Assembly: GCF_036321535.1 (NCBI RefSeq)
Contig: NC_087454.1
Location: 19,592,001-19,656,000 of the forward strand
Source of the DNA: Camelus dromedarius
Taxonomy: Eukaryota
Length of the DNA stretch: 64,000 nt
Direction: 5' to 3'
In this document: one piece after another, positions 33,201-59,869 of the stretch
How positions within the stretch are numbered: the stretch's first letter is position 1
Layout of the letters: every line of letters begins with the position of its first letter
The notes under the pieces: generated by a model
The model's database searches: none
Told to the model about the DNA's origin: nothing
Seen by the model: only the letters and a program-made list of their open reading frames with translations
Program-made: the position numbers and the translations under genes

Positions 33201-35554
33201 GCTACAACGTCCTTCAGGGGTCAGGGTTCTGCCCACGCCCCCCACCAGGGTGTTGCCTGGTAGAACTAGCATATCTGTTGTTAGGAAAATAGGTATTGGG
33301 GTTCCCAGAACAGAAGTAAACGATGACATGACATCCTAGATGACACAGTTTCCCCCAGAGAATTTTAAGTGTACGCCTTTTACACCAAGAGGTCTGAAGA
33401 ATCAGCCTCCAGTTAAAGTATGGTCCTTTCTCTTACATTCAACAGTGGAGAAATGGACAAGTCCCATTCAGAATTGAGAACAGCAAAGGGGATAGGTTAG
33501 AGGAACTAAATTTTTAAAAGAAAGAGAAAGGCAAGGTCAGGTAGAAAGAGGAAGGCAGGAGTGAAGGAATAATCCCAGGATGGGGAGAGAAACAAAGGTA
33601 ACTGAGTGGAAGTGACTGAAGAAGGCGCAGGACAGAGAGGAAAGGACTGGCCCTACCTTCATCCTCACTCGACTTGCTCAGCTGCTTCACCAGTTTGGCT
33701 GTGTTGTTCTACAAGACACGGGGTGAGGGAGGAAGGTCAGTGCCGGGGGAGAGCCAGCCCTCGCAGAGCTAACAACCCTCCCAGGCTCATTCACAGTCTC
33801 TTCACGGTCCCTTAACACTGACAGTCTTTATCTCTTACAAAGCCTCTGGGGACATATTCTTACTCCTTAAAACAACCCAGTTAGGTAGGTTCAATTACTC
33901 CCATTTTTCAGATGAAAACATTGAAGCTCAGATATGTGAACTGCCCCACATCCCATACCTATTAAAGGGGATAAATTCAAAACCAATCTTCTGATTCCAA
34001 ATTCCTCCTTTTTTCTACCATTCTACCTCACAGGCCCAAGATTGTAGCCACATGAGAGTTGGTATGAGATTTTCATCTTTTAGGTTAAACCAAAAAGGAA
34101 GAACCAGGATTCCAAAGGCTGAAGGTACCTGCTTGAGATGGTCAACAGTGAGTGGCAGGTGCTGCAGGGTCAGCAGAATTTGCTGCAAGAGGGGAATGTT
34201 GTTGGTTGTCTTTGAATACGTCAGCCAATTGTTAAGCAGCTTGTAACCACCAACATCAATAAACCTGCAGGCAGGCAGGGAGGAGGATCTGTAATGCCCT
34301 TCTGGGGTCTTAGGAGTACACCCCCACACTCCAAGTCCCCCCACGATGACCCAGGAACCCAGTGCCTCACCTCCCCCACCGTCCAAGTACATCCTCCCAT
34401 CCCAGCCACCCAGGGCCCCACTTACTTGACCAGTATTTCTGGTGAGCGGGTCTGCAGGAGAATGTTCAAGTAAGTGCATCGACTCACCATCTTTCGTGCT
34501 TCCTTCATCAGACTGTAAGAGATGAAGTAAGGTCAGAAATGAAGCAGCCGGAGAGCATCTCTTCTCTGAGCAGAAAAGCCTCTAATCTGTGGGAGTGTCT
34601 GAAGGTCCCTGATGACTTGGGCCTTCACTACAGAGTAGGAGGGTCACACAGGTCCCAGGAGGATGGGGTGGATCGGGAGTGACATAGAAACCCATAGAAG
34701 GATGGAAGACAACCGAGGAGATGGACTGAAGTCTGCTATCTGGGGAGATGAGCATCACTGCTTCCCTGACACCCAGGAAACAAGCCCTACCCTTCAACCA
34801 CTGCCTCTCTGTATTCTGCTCCGGCCTGCCTTAGTCATGTGCCTCTCCTGGAAAACTTGAGTAGCCCTGAAGGAAACTGACATCTGGGGGCATGTAGTGA
34901 CCCAAAACTTTTGTCACCTGGCTCCCCTACTTCCTTTCTTCCCTGGGGACTATTGATCTCCAAATATCCAGATCCCATTATGGCCAGGGGCGGAGGGATC
35001 AACTAGTTTTAAAATAATTGAATTTTTTCTGTTTTTTTTTAATCAGTCACAGGGGGGGAAGGGGGGTGGGAAGGGATAAATTGGGAGTTCAAGATTTGCA
35101 GTTACACATTACTATATATAAATAAACAAGCTTCTACTGTATAGCACAGGGAACTATATTTAAGATCTTATAACCTATAATGAAAAAGAACATGAATATG
35201 TATATATACATGTATATGTATGACTAAAACATTATGCTGTACATCAGAAATTGACACATTGTAAACTGACTATACTTCAATTAAAAAAATAAAATTAAAT
35301 ATAAAATAAAATAATTGATTTGAATCCTATTCCACTGACTCTCCCTTTCCTCTCAAGGAACTGAGCTCACTGCTGTCTGCCTTAATTACAGTCATATTAC
35401 AACATACAAGATCCTCTACTCACAGTGAATTCAAAAGGCACACTCACCTGAAGATCTTCGAAATCCCATCCACACTCTTGACTTCCCCATCTCGGTTAAG
35501 GAAGCTATCCAGGCCCTTGAGAAGCTCTTTGGGGTCTATGGGACCCGAACCCAT
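27250..35554 (-). CDS. PPP1R10: Serine/threonine-protein phosphatase 1 regulatory subunit 10 (PNUTS), 18 coding exons, 911 aa
   Basis: Coding exons in transcript order: 35448-35554, 34426-34512, 34129-34264, 33657-33708, 31935-32012, 31619-31792, 31301-31406, 31095-31207, 30511-30611, 30111-30258, 29876-30034, 29530-29776, 29311-29374, 29024-29218, 28795-28870, 28451-28564, 27619-28287, 27250-27359 (sum 2736 nt). Starts [14 protein letters not shown]. Has the TFIIS-N-like N-terminus, PP1-binding KRKTVTW, RGG/His-Gly repeats and a C-terminal CCCH finger. Confidence 0.98.
27735..28010 (-). repeat. Coding imperfect tandem repeat, 42-48 bp units (HRPHEGPG x5 plus HRPHDVPG)
   Basis: cagggcc(t/c)tc(a/g)tgggg..gatg recurs on the + strand; translation visible in ORF 27419-28345. 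Confidence 0.92.
35050..35310 (+). mobile_element. L1 3' end (older artiodactyl/L1MA-type) in a PPP1R10 intron
   Basis: gggataaattgggagttcaagatttgcag...ctgtatagcacagggaactatat...cattgtaaactgactatacttcaattaaaaaaataaaa. Confidence 0.8.
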
Positions 35555-38500
35555 GATCAAGGCTTCTAAGATGAGAGGACAAAACAAACCCACAGATTAA
35601 TGGGTGGCAAGGACAGTCCCAGCTGCCCTTTAATAAAGTGCATCTCTACATCTGTCAGATTACTAGTGACTGATTATTCAATCTATATTCCACTACACAC
35701 ACCATTTTCTAGGAAAAATCCACAGACCACTGTCACTCCTAAGAAAACAGCCCTGGCAAGGGAAGGCTGGTGTTAAACACGACGGAAGGCGAAGACAACT
35801 AGGCGGGAGGACTGAGGCAGTCTCTCCTCTCACACCCTGCTACAGCCTTCCTAGGAGCCCAACTTCACTAGGCTGTATCAGGGCTAAGATCCACATTCCC
35901 AAAACAGATGCTCAACTCTCCAAGGCATTTTTGCTTATTAGGTCCTGTTTCTCCTTAGCTGCTGATGAATCTGCCTTAAAGAAAAAAAAAAAAAACTATA
36001 GCTTGATAAGAGTTGGGCCAATCGTTGAGCGCTTGGGCTAAGTGTCTTCTAAGAGTCAATTCCTTTCTACCTTAGTCCATAGTCAATCCCCACAAGTGGC
36101 AGGATATGTCCTGCTTGCACCGGAGTCAATCGGGTAAAGATGTAGGAGAAAGAGAAGGAAACAAAACTCGAAAACAGAACCCCTCCCCAATGTGAGTTAC
36201 GGCATAGTTCCCAGAAAGAGACAAATGGATGCAAAGAAAATCAAGTAGGTCCTCCTAAGCCTTGAATAGAATGTCACTCATTACAAACACTGCACAAGTT
36301 TTCACTCTTTCAAAGTTAAGGGTAAGACTGGTTTACGGTTTCAAAAGCAAAGATGCAAATCTGACCCCTATCCCAGACCTAAATCACACCACCACCCAAG
36401 ATCCCCAAGGAAAGCCTGAAATTAATAATCATGGAACCAAAAAGAATGGAACAGATAAAACCAGAAGCTGGGAAAATGCCATTAAATTTTAAGTAGCTAC
36501 TTTAGCCCAGGTTAGGAGTTAATTAAAAGCTAAACACAGCTGTTACAGGACAGAGACATGTGACTCAATGTCTAGGACAAAACCCAAGTTCAAGACAGGT
36601 AATTAGAATCAATATGGTTCTGATTAGGATTTCTATCCACAATGCCTCTGAACACTGGCTTCTAGGGAGCAGAAAAGAAAGCCAGCTTAGTAATATCGAC
36701 CTTTGGGAAAGAGATTGCACACTGGGCAGGAAGGAGGCAAGGGGTAAAGAGCCCCCTTCACCCCACATCTAGCACAGAAATAACAGGCCTGAGCCCAGCA
36801 GAAGGGTGGGAAAAGCAGTGCTTTACAAAGATGACTGTATTTTCTGCAGAAAAGGAAACAGGTTTCTTGTAAGATCGTGTCAATTATTTCTATTTGTTCT
36901 CAAACCAAAAGAGAAAAACAAGCATACCAATCTCAACCTTTTAATCCTCACAACAAGAAGGTCAATACATTTCTACATTTACAGGTCCTAACAACCTAGG
37001 GAAGAGGAGGTGGGGGGAGGGGAGGGAGGAAACTGGGTTCGTGGGCTGAATACTGAGAGTTGAGCAAACGTGGGTTAACTGTGCTGTTGCTGCTGCCCTG
37101 GAATCTCCACGAGCACAGGCAGAACCTGAGGTCAGAGGAAAAAACATTCAAGTCAAATACCAGAAAATGAGAAGTCCATGGGCCAAATCCACTTAAATGA
37201 GGTGACTCTTACAAAGAGACAGACCTGGGGATAAAGGAATTTGCCCCCTGTAGTAAGACACCATAAAGAGAGAACAAAGGGATACATAAAACAGATTTCC
37301 CACCTGCTGCAGACTGGAAAAGCAATGAACAAATCCAGAGGAACAACATATATCACCAGCAACCAAAATATATGCAACGTGACAAAAAGCCTTCAATTAA
37401 ACTAACTTCACTTCAAACCAGTCCCCCCTAAATACAGCTGGCCCCACAGAGCTGAACTACAGCACCTTGGAGAAGTCCCTTTTGCATATCCACCTACCAG
37501 TTAAGCCAGCAGGCCTGCTACTCCTACTTTCTTAAGAAACAAAAACTGTCCCTTGAGCTCAAATGTTCCTTTGCTTAACAGGGTGGGAGATGAGAGAACC
37601 ACCATCTTTAGAAAGAAAAGAAACCAGCGAGTACTTAGCTAAACTCGGTCCACTGCCTTCTGCTGGGAATGGGACCCAGGGACAACTTTTTAATTCCCAT
37701 TCACAGCAAACCAGAATAAAAGACATTACTAGTCAAGGGAAGCTCGCAAAGAAATGTTAAATATTCATTTTCCACTACATTCCTATTATTTATATTCTGT
37801 AAATATAATTAACAAAACTAAATTTTGTCTCATGAGCACCAATCATGGGGTAAAACACTAGTGGGTTTCCTCATGATGGCTTTCCTCCAGTGCAGTTTTC
37901 ACGCCTTTAAAATTAAGGACCCCAAGTGTCTTACAACCTAATTTCCTTGTTCTGAAGTCAGTACATTTGGAAAGAAGTTCCAAAGCACTCAAGTGGAAAG
38001 GAATGAAGAGCCCAAATTCCTGGCACAGGCCCACAGCAGAAAAGGCAAATGAGCTGACCAGGGAGGGAGGGGCAGTGACCAAGTGTCTGGAGCCTGGAGG
38101 GAAAGCTTGAGGAAGCTTTCTGGATCCAAAACAATCCAAGGCATGGTATGTGTTAACTTCCTTGAAGGAAGAACGTACAGAAGCTGGGGGCTGAGGTGGG
38201 GAGGAACATTTTTTCCACTTTGTCCTAAGCTGGACTCTCCTTAGGGAGGATGCTGCCAGCAGAGACGTGCACTGACAGAAGGCACGGGGGGTGGGGGTGG
38301 GATCTTCTACCTCTCCTATCAGAGAGAAAATTAAGTCCAGAGGTGACACCAACTCCTGCCTCCAAAATGAATTTGACTTGAGGGTTATTCAATTAAATAA
38401 GATGAAAAATGCCTAGCTTAACCAGTTATTCCATACCCATCACCAATGAAACAACTGAACTGGTTCAGGACAAAAATTCTATACAAGTTTAAAAACAATC

Positions 38501-39507
38501 ACAAGATTCTTCTAACAAGAGGGAGGAGCCCAAGTTTACCTTAACTTACAGGCCTTGGCACTTCTGGAAATGAAATGCTTTCTAACTACCCCCTTATGTT
38601 CCCCTCCCTCTCCTCAGTAATTGAAGCACTTCCTAGACCAATTCAACAGTGGTTTGAATTATGTCTCTCAGGTGACTCACAAGCCCCCATCCCTCAAAAT
38701 CATTCTCAAAACCTGATAAGCAGATGCCCTCCCCCAAAGATTATTTGCCTTCCAATAAGGGTGTAAAATCCACTCCCCCCCCGCCTCCCCCCCCCCCCCA
38801 CCTTAGGACAGGATCCCAGGATAGAACTCTGGCCACAAACTACAAGGATCAGGTTCTCCGAGGTTCTCTGGATGGATGTGGTTTCCCTAGAAGACCTTTG
38901 TTCCCATCTCCCATGTTAAAGTAGATCTTCTTTATTAATCCCCTGCTCACTAGAAATCAGGAACCCCAGTGGGTAGAATGTTCAGCTCCCAAGGAAGGTA
39001 TGCTGCGAAGGCACAGGGCAAACTGCTTAAAAGATAAAAAACTTGTGGTCAATAGGACATGTGGAAGATTCCCTCCCAACCAATCCAGAAGCTTAAGTAA
39101 TTTGAAAATCTGGACCCAGTAGAAAACTAGCCCTGAAGTCTCCCCAAGTCCCCACAGAACAGCTGCACAAAATGGCTTTCTAATTCTGCCCAGAATCACT
39201 GCTTCAGGGCATGACTTTAAAAAATGAAAAGTACCTGGAGTCTAATAGATTTGACTTTGAGAAAATTGGAGGAAGAAAGGTAAGAAAGGGACAGGACACC
39301 CAATACCACCCTCAGGTAGGGCATGGCTCTCGAACATGCACCAACTGCTACAGCACTGTACAAGTTGAAAAATGAAGAGAACATTATTTTCCCATTGTCT
39401 TTAAGGAATTTCTTTTAGAAGGGAAGGAAAAGAAATTCAAAAAGGGTGACTCTTTGGAAAAAAGAAATGAAGGTCGTGAAATGTAATACTAGAAAGGTTT
39501 TGCTTAC

Positions 39508-40024
39508 CAGAAACCGTAGCTTGATTCCCCCTGCCTCGAGTTTACAACTGCCGCCTCCTTTCCTAAAGTCACTTTTCATCCTAGTACCAATGTACAGGAG
39601 CTAAGCAACTGGAGAACGTGATACAGCACTGCACACAAAGAGGTGACCCCCAAAGCCAGAGGCGGGAATAAGGGCGATTTAGAAGAAAGTCCTCAAGTAC
39701 CCACTCTCTGCCAGTCTCATACAAACTGCAGGAGGCCCAAGGACTGGTTCCTGAACAGAAATGGCACAGTTCACTGTCATTAGGCCCCAGTTGTCTATTC
39801 CAGTTACTTTCACAAGCCCTTGTGTCTTTCCCCAGTTATCCTCCAACACACACAGACGGACACACACTCACACACACACTCCACCCAAAAGCTTCCAGCC
39901 TTAAAGTACAGCTGTTTCACTGGTTTTCCACCCCTGGCAACTGAAGCGGGAAAACTTCCAAGCAGTTGTGATGAATGAAAGGTGAAAATTAAAGCAACAG
40001 GCTCTGGATTGTTACACATAAAAA
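39508..40024 (-). other. PPP1R10: PPP1R10 long non-coding 5'UTR exon 2 (~517 nt)
   Basis: Strong donor TTTCTG|GTAAGC at 39508. Best pyrimidine-rich acceptor is cacctctag| at 40025; a weaker alternative gives an exon edge at 40066. The next exon begins at 35565 with 11 nt of UTR. Confidence 0.65.
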
Positions 40025-42521
40025 CTAGAGGTGCCCAAGGAGACCGACAGCTTCAAGACCTAATTCCTATAAGCTTTTTTCCTTTTAAGATAAAGGCTGT
40101 AAAAGACTGTAAAGAAAATAAGGAAAATGGCTTTTCCTGTCTAGCAGCAGCGTGCACAGGGAGTCCAGAAGGCATCTGCTCAGGGGTGGAGTTTCAAGAG
40201 GGTGGAGAGGAAGAAAGCTGATTACATCACCTTTCAATGCTGCTCCTCCCCCTTGACCAAGTTTCTAGGGCGGCCCTAAGCTCCGGATGGCAAAAGGGGG
40301 AGAAAAACAACAAAGAAGCAGGGACGCCATTTTGTAATGGAGAAGAGGACTCCAACTTACAAAGCTATCCTCTGCCGGTAGCTTTCTACATTAAGAAAAA
40401 TCCCTTTTTAGTAAAACAAAAACAAAAACAAAACAAAAACCAGACCCCGATCTTGAATCGTCTTTGATATACTTTGAATCAGTAAGAGCCGTTGTGAAAA
40501 TAAAAGCAATTAAAGTATTAAAAAGAACAATTTTCTGCGGCTAAGAACGGAATTTGCAATCGAGGTTCAATCTGCTACCATCGACCACCCCCATCCTCCC
40601 TATAAAGNNNNNNNNNNNNNNNNNNNNNNNNNNNNNNNNNNNNNNNNNNNNNNNNNNNNNNNNNNNNNNNNNNNNNNNNNNNNNNNNNNNNNNNNNNNNN
40701 NNNNNNNNNNNNNNNNNNNNNNNNNNNNNNNNNNNNNNNNNNNNNNNNNNNNNNNNNNNNNNNNNNNNNNNNNNNNNNNNNNNNNNNNNNNNNNNNNNNN
40801 NNNNNNNNNNNNNNNNNNNNNNNNNNNNNNNNNACATTTCCCCAAACTTTCCACCCTCTACTTAACTGTATTTCCCCCCACCAAAAAGTATCAAGTTAAA
40901 ATGTTAATCACTTCTTTTGCTTTTAAATAACCTATGCAATCTGCAACAATTACAAGACATTCTTTACCTCCCCAACTAATATTATCTTGTATGTATTGGC
41001 ACTAAGATTATATTTTGCCCTGAATTAAGTGTCTTGCAATCTTTATTCCTAGATTGCCACCTATATTAACCACACAAATATATCCCAAGCAAATTACATT
41101 AAAATTGAGAGGAGTTAACAATCATTTAAAAGTCACAGCCAACTACTTCTCTGCCCATTTCCTTACCCTGCAATCTTTATGTACAGATTGCTTATTACTC
41201 TGGCAAATTGAAAGGCGCCCTGCTTGTCTCACACACAAAGAAGTGGGACTTCTGGGCCACAAGATCCACCATCTTTTGTATGTGAGCTCATTAACCCTTT
41301 TGAAGACTGCTAACAAGAGGAAGGTAGCCGTTCCTCCTTATAATAAGCAAACACTTATGGCTTTGGCAGTCTGGAAAACTGACTGGATTACCAAGGGTTA
41401 ACCATCAAAATCCTAACTTGCTGGCCCTCCCTCCACCCTCTCCTCGTCTGCACCAGGGCAGGGAAGAGGTAGGTGGTAGGGGAGAGAACACCACTGTTTA
41501 GACCCAAAGGCCCTTTTTAATGGANNNNNNNNNNNNNNNNNNNNNNNNNNNNNNNNNNNNNNNNNNNNNNNNNNNNNNNNNNNNNNNNNNNNNNNNNNNN
41601 NNNNNNNNNNNNNNNNNNNNNNNNNNNNNNNNNNNNNNNNNNNNNNNNNNNNNNNNNNNNNNNNNNNNNNNNNNNNNNNNNNNNNNNNNNNNNNNNNNNN
41701 NNNNNNNNNNNNNNNNNNNNNNNNNNNNNNNNNNNNNNNNNNNNNNNNNNNNNNNNNNNNNNNNNNNNNNNNNNNNNNNNNNNNNNNNNNNNNNNNNNNN
41801 NNNNNNNNNNNNNNNNNNNNNNNNNNNNNNNNNNNNNNNNNNNNNNNNNNNNNNNNNNNNNNNNNNNNNNNNNNNNNAAAAGTTCTGAGTGGATTCAAAA
41901 AAGTAAACGCTGGATGAGTGAATTTGGGTGGGNNNNNNNNNNNNNNNNNNNNNNNNNNNNNNNNNNNNNNNNNNNNNNNNNNNNNNNNNNNNNNNNNNNN
42001 NNNNNNNNNNNNNNNNNNNNNNNNNNNNNNNNNNNNNNNNNNNNNNNNNNNNNNNNNNNNNNNNNNNNNNNNNNNNNNNNNNNNNNNNNNNNNNNNNNNN
42101 NNNNNNNNNNNNNNNNNNNNNNNNNNNNNNNNNNNNNNNNNNNNNNNNNNNNNNNNNNNNNNNNNNNNNNNNNNNNNNNNNNNNNNNNNNNNNNNNNNNN
42201 NNNNCAAAGGAGAAAGATATAATCAGTACGGGTTGCTCTTTACACCCAGAAGTACCACTTCTGTTGTTCCCAAACACTTCCACGTCCCACCCCGAACACA
42301 GCCGCTTTATACAAGTCATGGCTCTTAGATGAGCCCATGTCTAACCCGTCTCCTAAGCCAACTCTCGGAGCAAAATTTTACCCTCTAACNNNNNNNNNNN
42401 NNNNNNNNNNNNNNNNNNNNNNNNNNNNNNNNNNNNNNNNNNNNNNNNNNNNNNNNNNNNNNNNNNNNNNNNNNNNNNNNNNNNNNNNNNNNNNNNNNNN
42501 NNNNNNNNNNNNNNNNNNNNN

Positions 42522-43057
42522 GTGCGCGAGGCGTGAATTCATTGGTCAACCAGAAAGACAACTCGCCAGCTAATTGGCTACCCTGCCTTCACCTTCGCTC
42601 AGCCCCTTCCCCCATGCACCTTCTTCCGCCTCCTTCCTGGCCCTTCAAAGCGTGCGCGTGACCGGCGGCCTAGCACCTCCCTTTCCTCTGCTTCCACCAC
42701 TTCCGCTTTCGAGAACAGTTCTCACCCTGGGTTGGTAGAATCGGACGGGCGCATGCGCAGTGAGAAGATCTCGGTCAAAATCGCGTTCAAAATTGCTTAA
42801 AATACAAACTCTAAGAATGGGATCTAAGAGTCGTAGTGACTGGTTCAGAGAAAACGTAATTTTGAGGCCGAATTCGATTGTGACGCAGTTTAAATTGGCT
42901 TCTCCCTCTGCCCCCCCCCCACTTCACGCTTCCGTCCTGACGCAGATGCGCAGCCGCCTTCCGCACTGCAGGCCCGTCCTTGGCCCTACCCTAGTCAGCT
43001 TCCTGGCGCATGCGCAGTCGCTTCTCCGGCCTTTTCCTGCTTTGTGCGTACGTCAGG

Positions 43058-43060
<3 letters not shown>
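42522..43060. promoter_or_regulatory. Bidirectional CpG promoter PPP1R10(-)/MRPS18B(+); candidate PPP1R10 exon 1 from 42593 to ~42770
   Basis: Two NRF1 palindromes GCGCATGCGC (42749-42758, 43006-43015), several inverted CCAAT boxes, ETS cores, and a minus-strand donor GCGAAG|GTGAAG at 42593. Confidence 0.8.
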
Positions 43061-47480
<4,420 letters not shown>

Positions 47481-47740
47481 GCGCTGTAGACTGAGATGGG
47501 AGCTGGGGGGGAGGTCCCTGATACAATATTTCTCCCTGAAGAGTTGTGTCTACTCTGTGGCCAACAGCAGGCCCAGGGCCAGAGAAAGAAAATGATTGTT
47601 GGTGAAAGAGATAAAATACATCTGAGGCTGAGGGAGGGCAGTACAGAAGTGTATGGGAAACCCCAGGCCCTCTATATTGTAAATAGATGGGCTAACCATT
47701 CCGTTACTGTTTCATACCTGTGCCAGCTGAGCTTTTCCAC

Positions 47741-47746
47741 AATAAA
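47741..47746 (+). terminator. Probable MRPS18B polyadenylation signal AATAAA
   Basis: AATAAA 260 nt after the stop, with a U/GU-rich downstream element. Confidence 0.7.
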
Positions 47747-48099
47747 GCTGTACCTTGTCTCTGGACTGAATTTCAGATGAATGCTTTGGGAGCGGGGCAG
47801 TGGGTGCTTCCGTGGGTAAAGGAATGGTCAGGCTTGAGCCAGCCCTGCCAGTGGATGCTTGGGACCAGATGCCACCTGGATGAACAGTTGTGCCATTCTG
47901 TCATGATCACTGTGGCCCCTTATACCCGGTACACCGTGTCCCCATCATCCCCAGCTGTTCACTGAGGGGCTAAAGGGTTGGAGAATAAGACACTAGGCCA
48001 AAGAAAAATGCGTTGCCATGGCGCCCACTGTCGTGGGAGGCAGGAATGGGGTGAGTGGCATTGCTGTGTAACAGCTGGTTTGGCAAGAAGAACGGGGTC

Positions 48100-48228
48100 T
48101 CCGGGGTCAGCTGCCAGGACCTGGCGGGGGGGTGGGGCGACCCCTTAGAGATCCGCGGGCGCGGCAGGGGAAATATTGCGAAGGGCGGGGCGGAGTGGCG
48201 AAGGAGGAGCGGAAGTGACGTCGCGCGG
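48100..48228 (+). promoter_or_regulatory. ATAT1 CpG promoter with GC boxes and an overlapping ETS-CRE element
   Basis: GGGCGGGGCGG at ~48183 and GCGGAAGTGACGTC at 48209-48222, immediately before the N-gap. Confidence 0.75.
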
Positions 48229-48776
48229 NNNNNNNNNNNNNNNNNNNNNNNNNNNNNNNNNNNNNNNNNNNNNNNNNNNNNNNNNNNNNNNNNNNNNNNN
48301 NNNNNNNNNNNNNNNNNNNNNNNNNNNNNNNNNNNNNNNNNNNNNNNNNNNNNNNNNNNNNNNNNNNNNNNNNNNNCCGCCCCACGGCCCTTCTTTCCCG
48401 GTTCCTCTCGAAACCTGGTCCAGGCACCACGCCCCCTTCTCATTGACTAGTGACCGCTCCTTTTACGGTCCTAGCCCCCCTTTTTGGTGACCTTTGATCC
48501 TAGTTCTAGTGGGGTTGATGGGCTTGATTCTGTGACCTTTCACTCCTTGGCCCAGTATGTGGTCCCAACCGAAGGATGTGGTTGACCTCCCCTTCCTGCT
48601 TCTCCACGATAACCTCATGGGAGGAGGGAGTGTACCACACTGAAAGGAGCTGTGTCAAAAGTTGGGGTGCCAAAAGAGTAGGGTGGGAAATCCAACTGGA
48701 AGACTCCAAGGTAAAGGCAGAGAGCCTGAAGTACTGAACTGGGGTTGGGGTTATGGCCCAGGTTCCCAAGGAATGA

Positions 48777-59644
<10,868 letters not shown>

Positions 59645-59801
59645 CCGCAGCACCCCTCACACCTTCAAAGTCAGTATTATTTCTCTCTCACTGCAGGACA
59701 TGGCCAAGGCTGCCCTCGTATTAAATGTATTCATTATTTCATTCATTCGACAGGCTTTCTTATCCGTGCCAAGTCATTTGTATCTTATTTTTAACCAGAG
59801 C

Positions 59802-59807
59802 AATAAA
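59802..59807 (+). terminator. Distal ATAT1 poly(A) signal
   Basis: AATAAA 158 nt after the long-isoform stop, with U-rich sequence downstream. Confidence 0.7.
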
Positions 59808-59869
59808 GTATTTATTTTTATCACGAGAGTTTCTGAGAAACGTGATTGTCATTATTTCAATTCCACCCC

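Noticed and set aside
41413-42573. Long ORFs made mostly of X, and similar ones at other gaps
   Set aside because: Artefacts of translating N runs.
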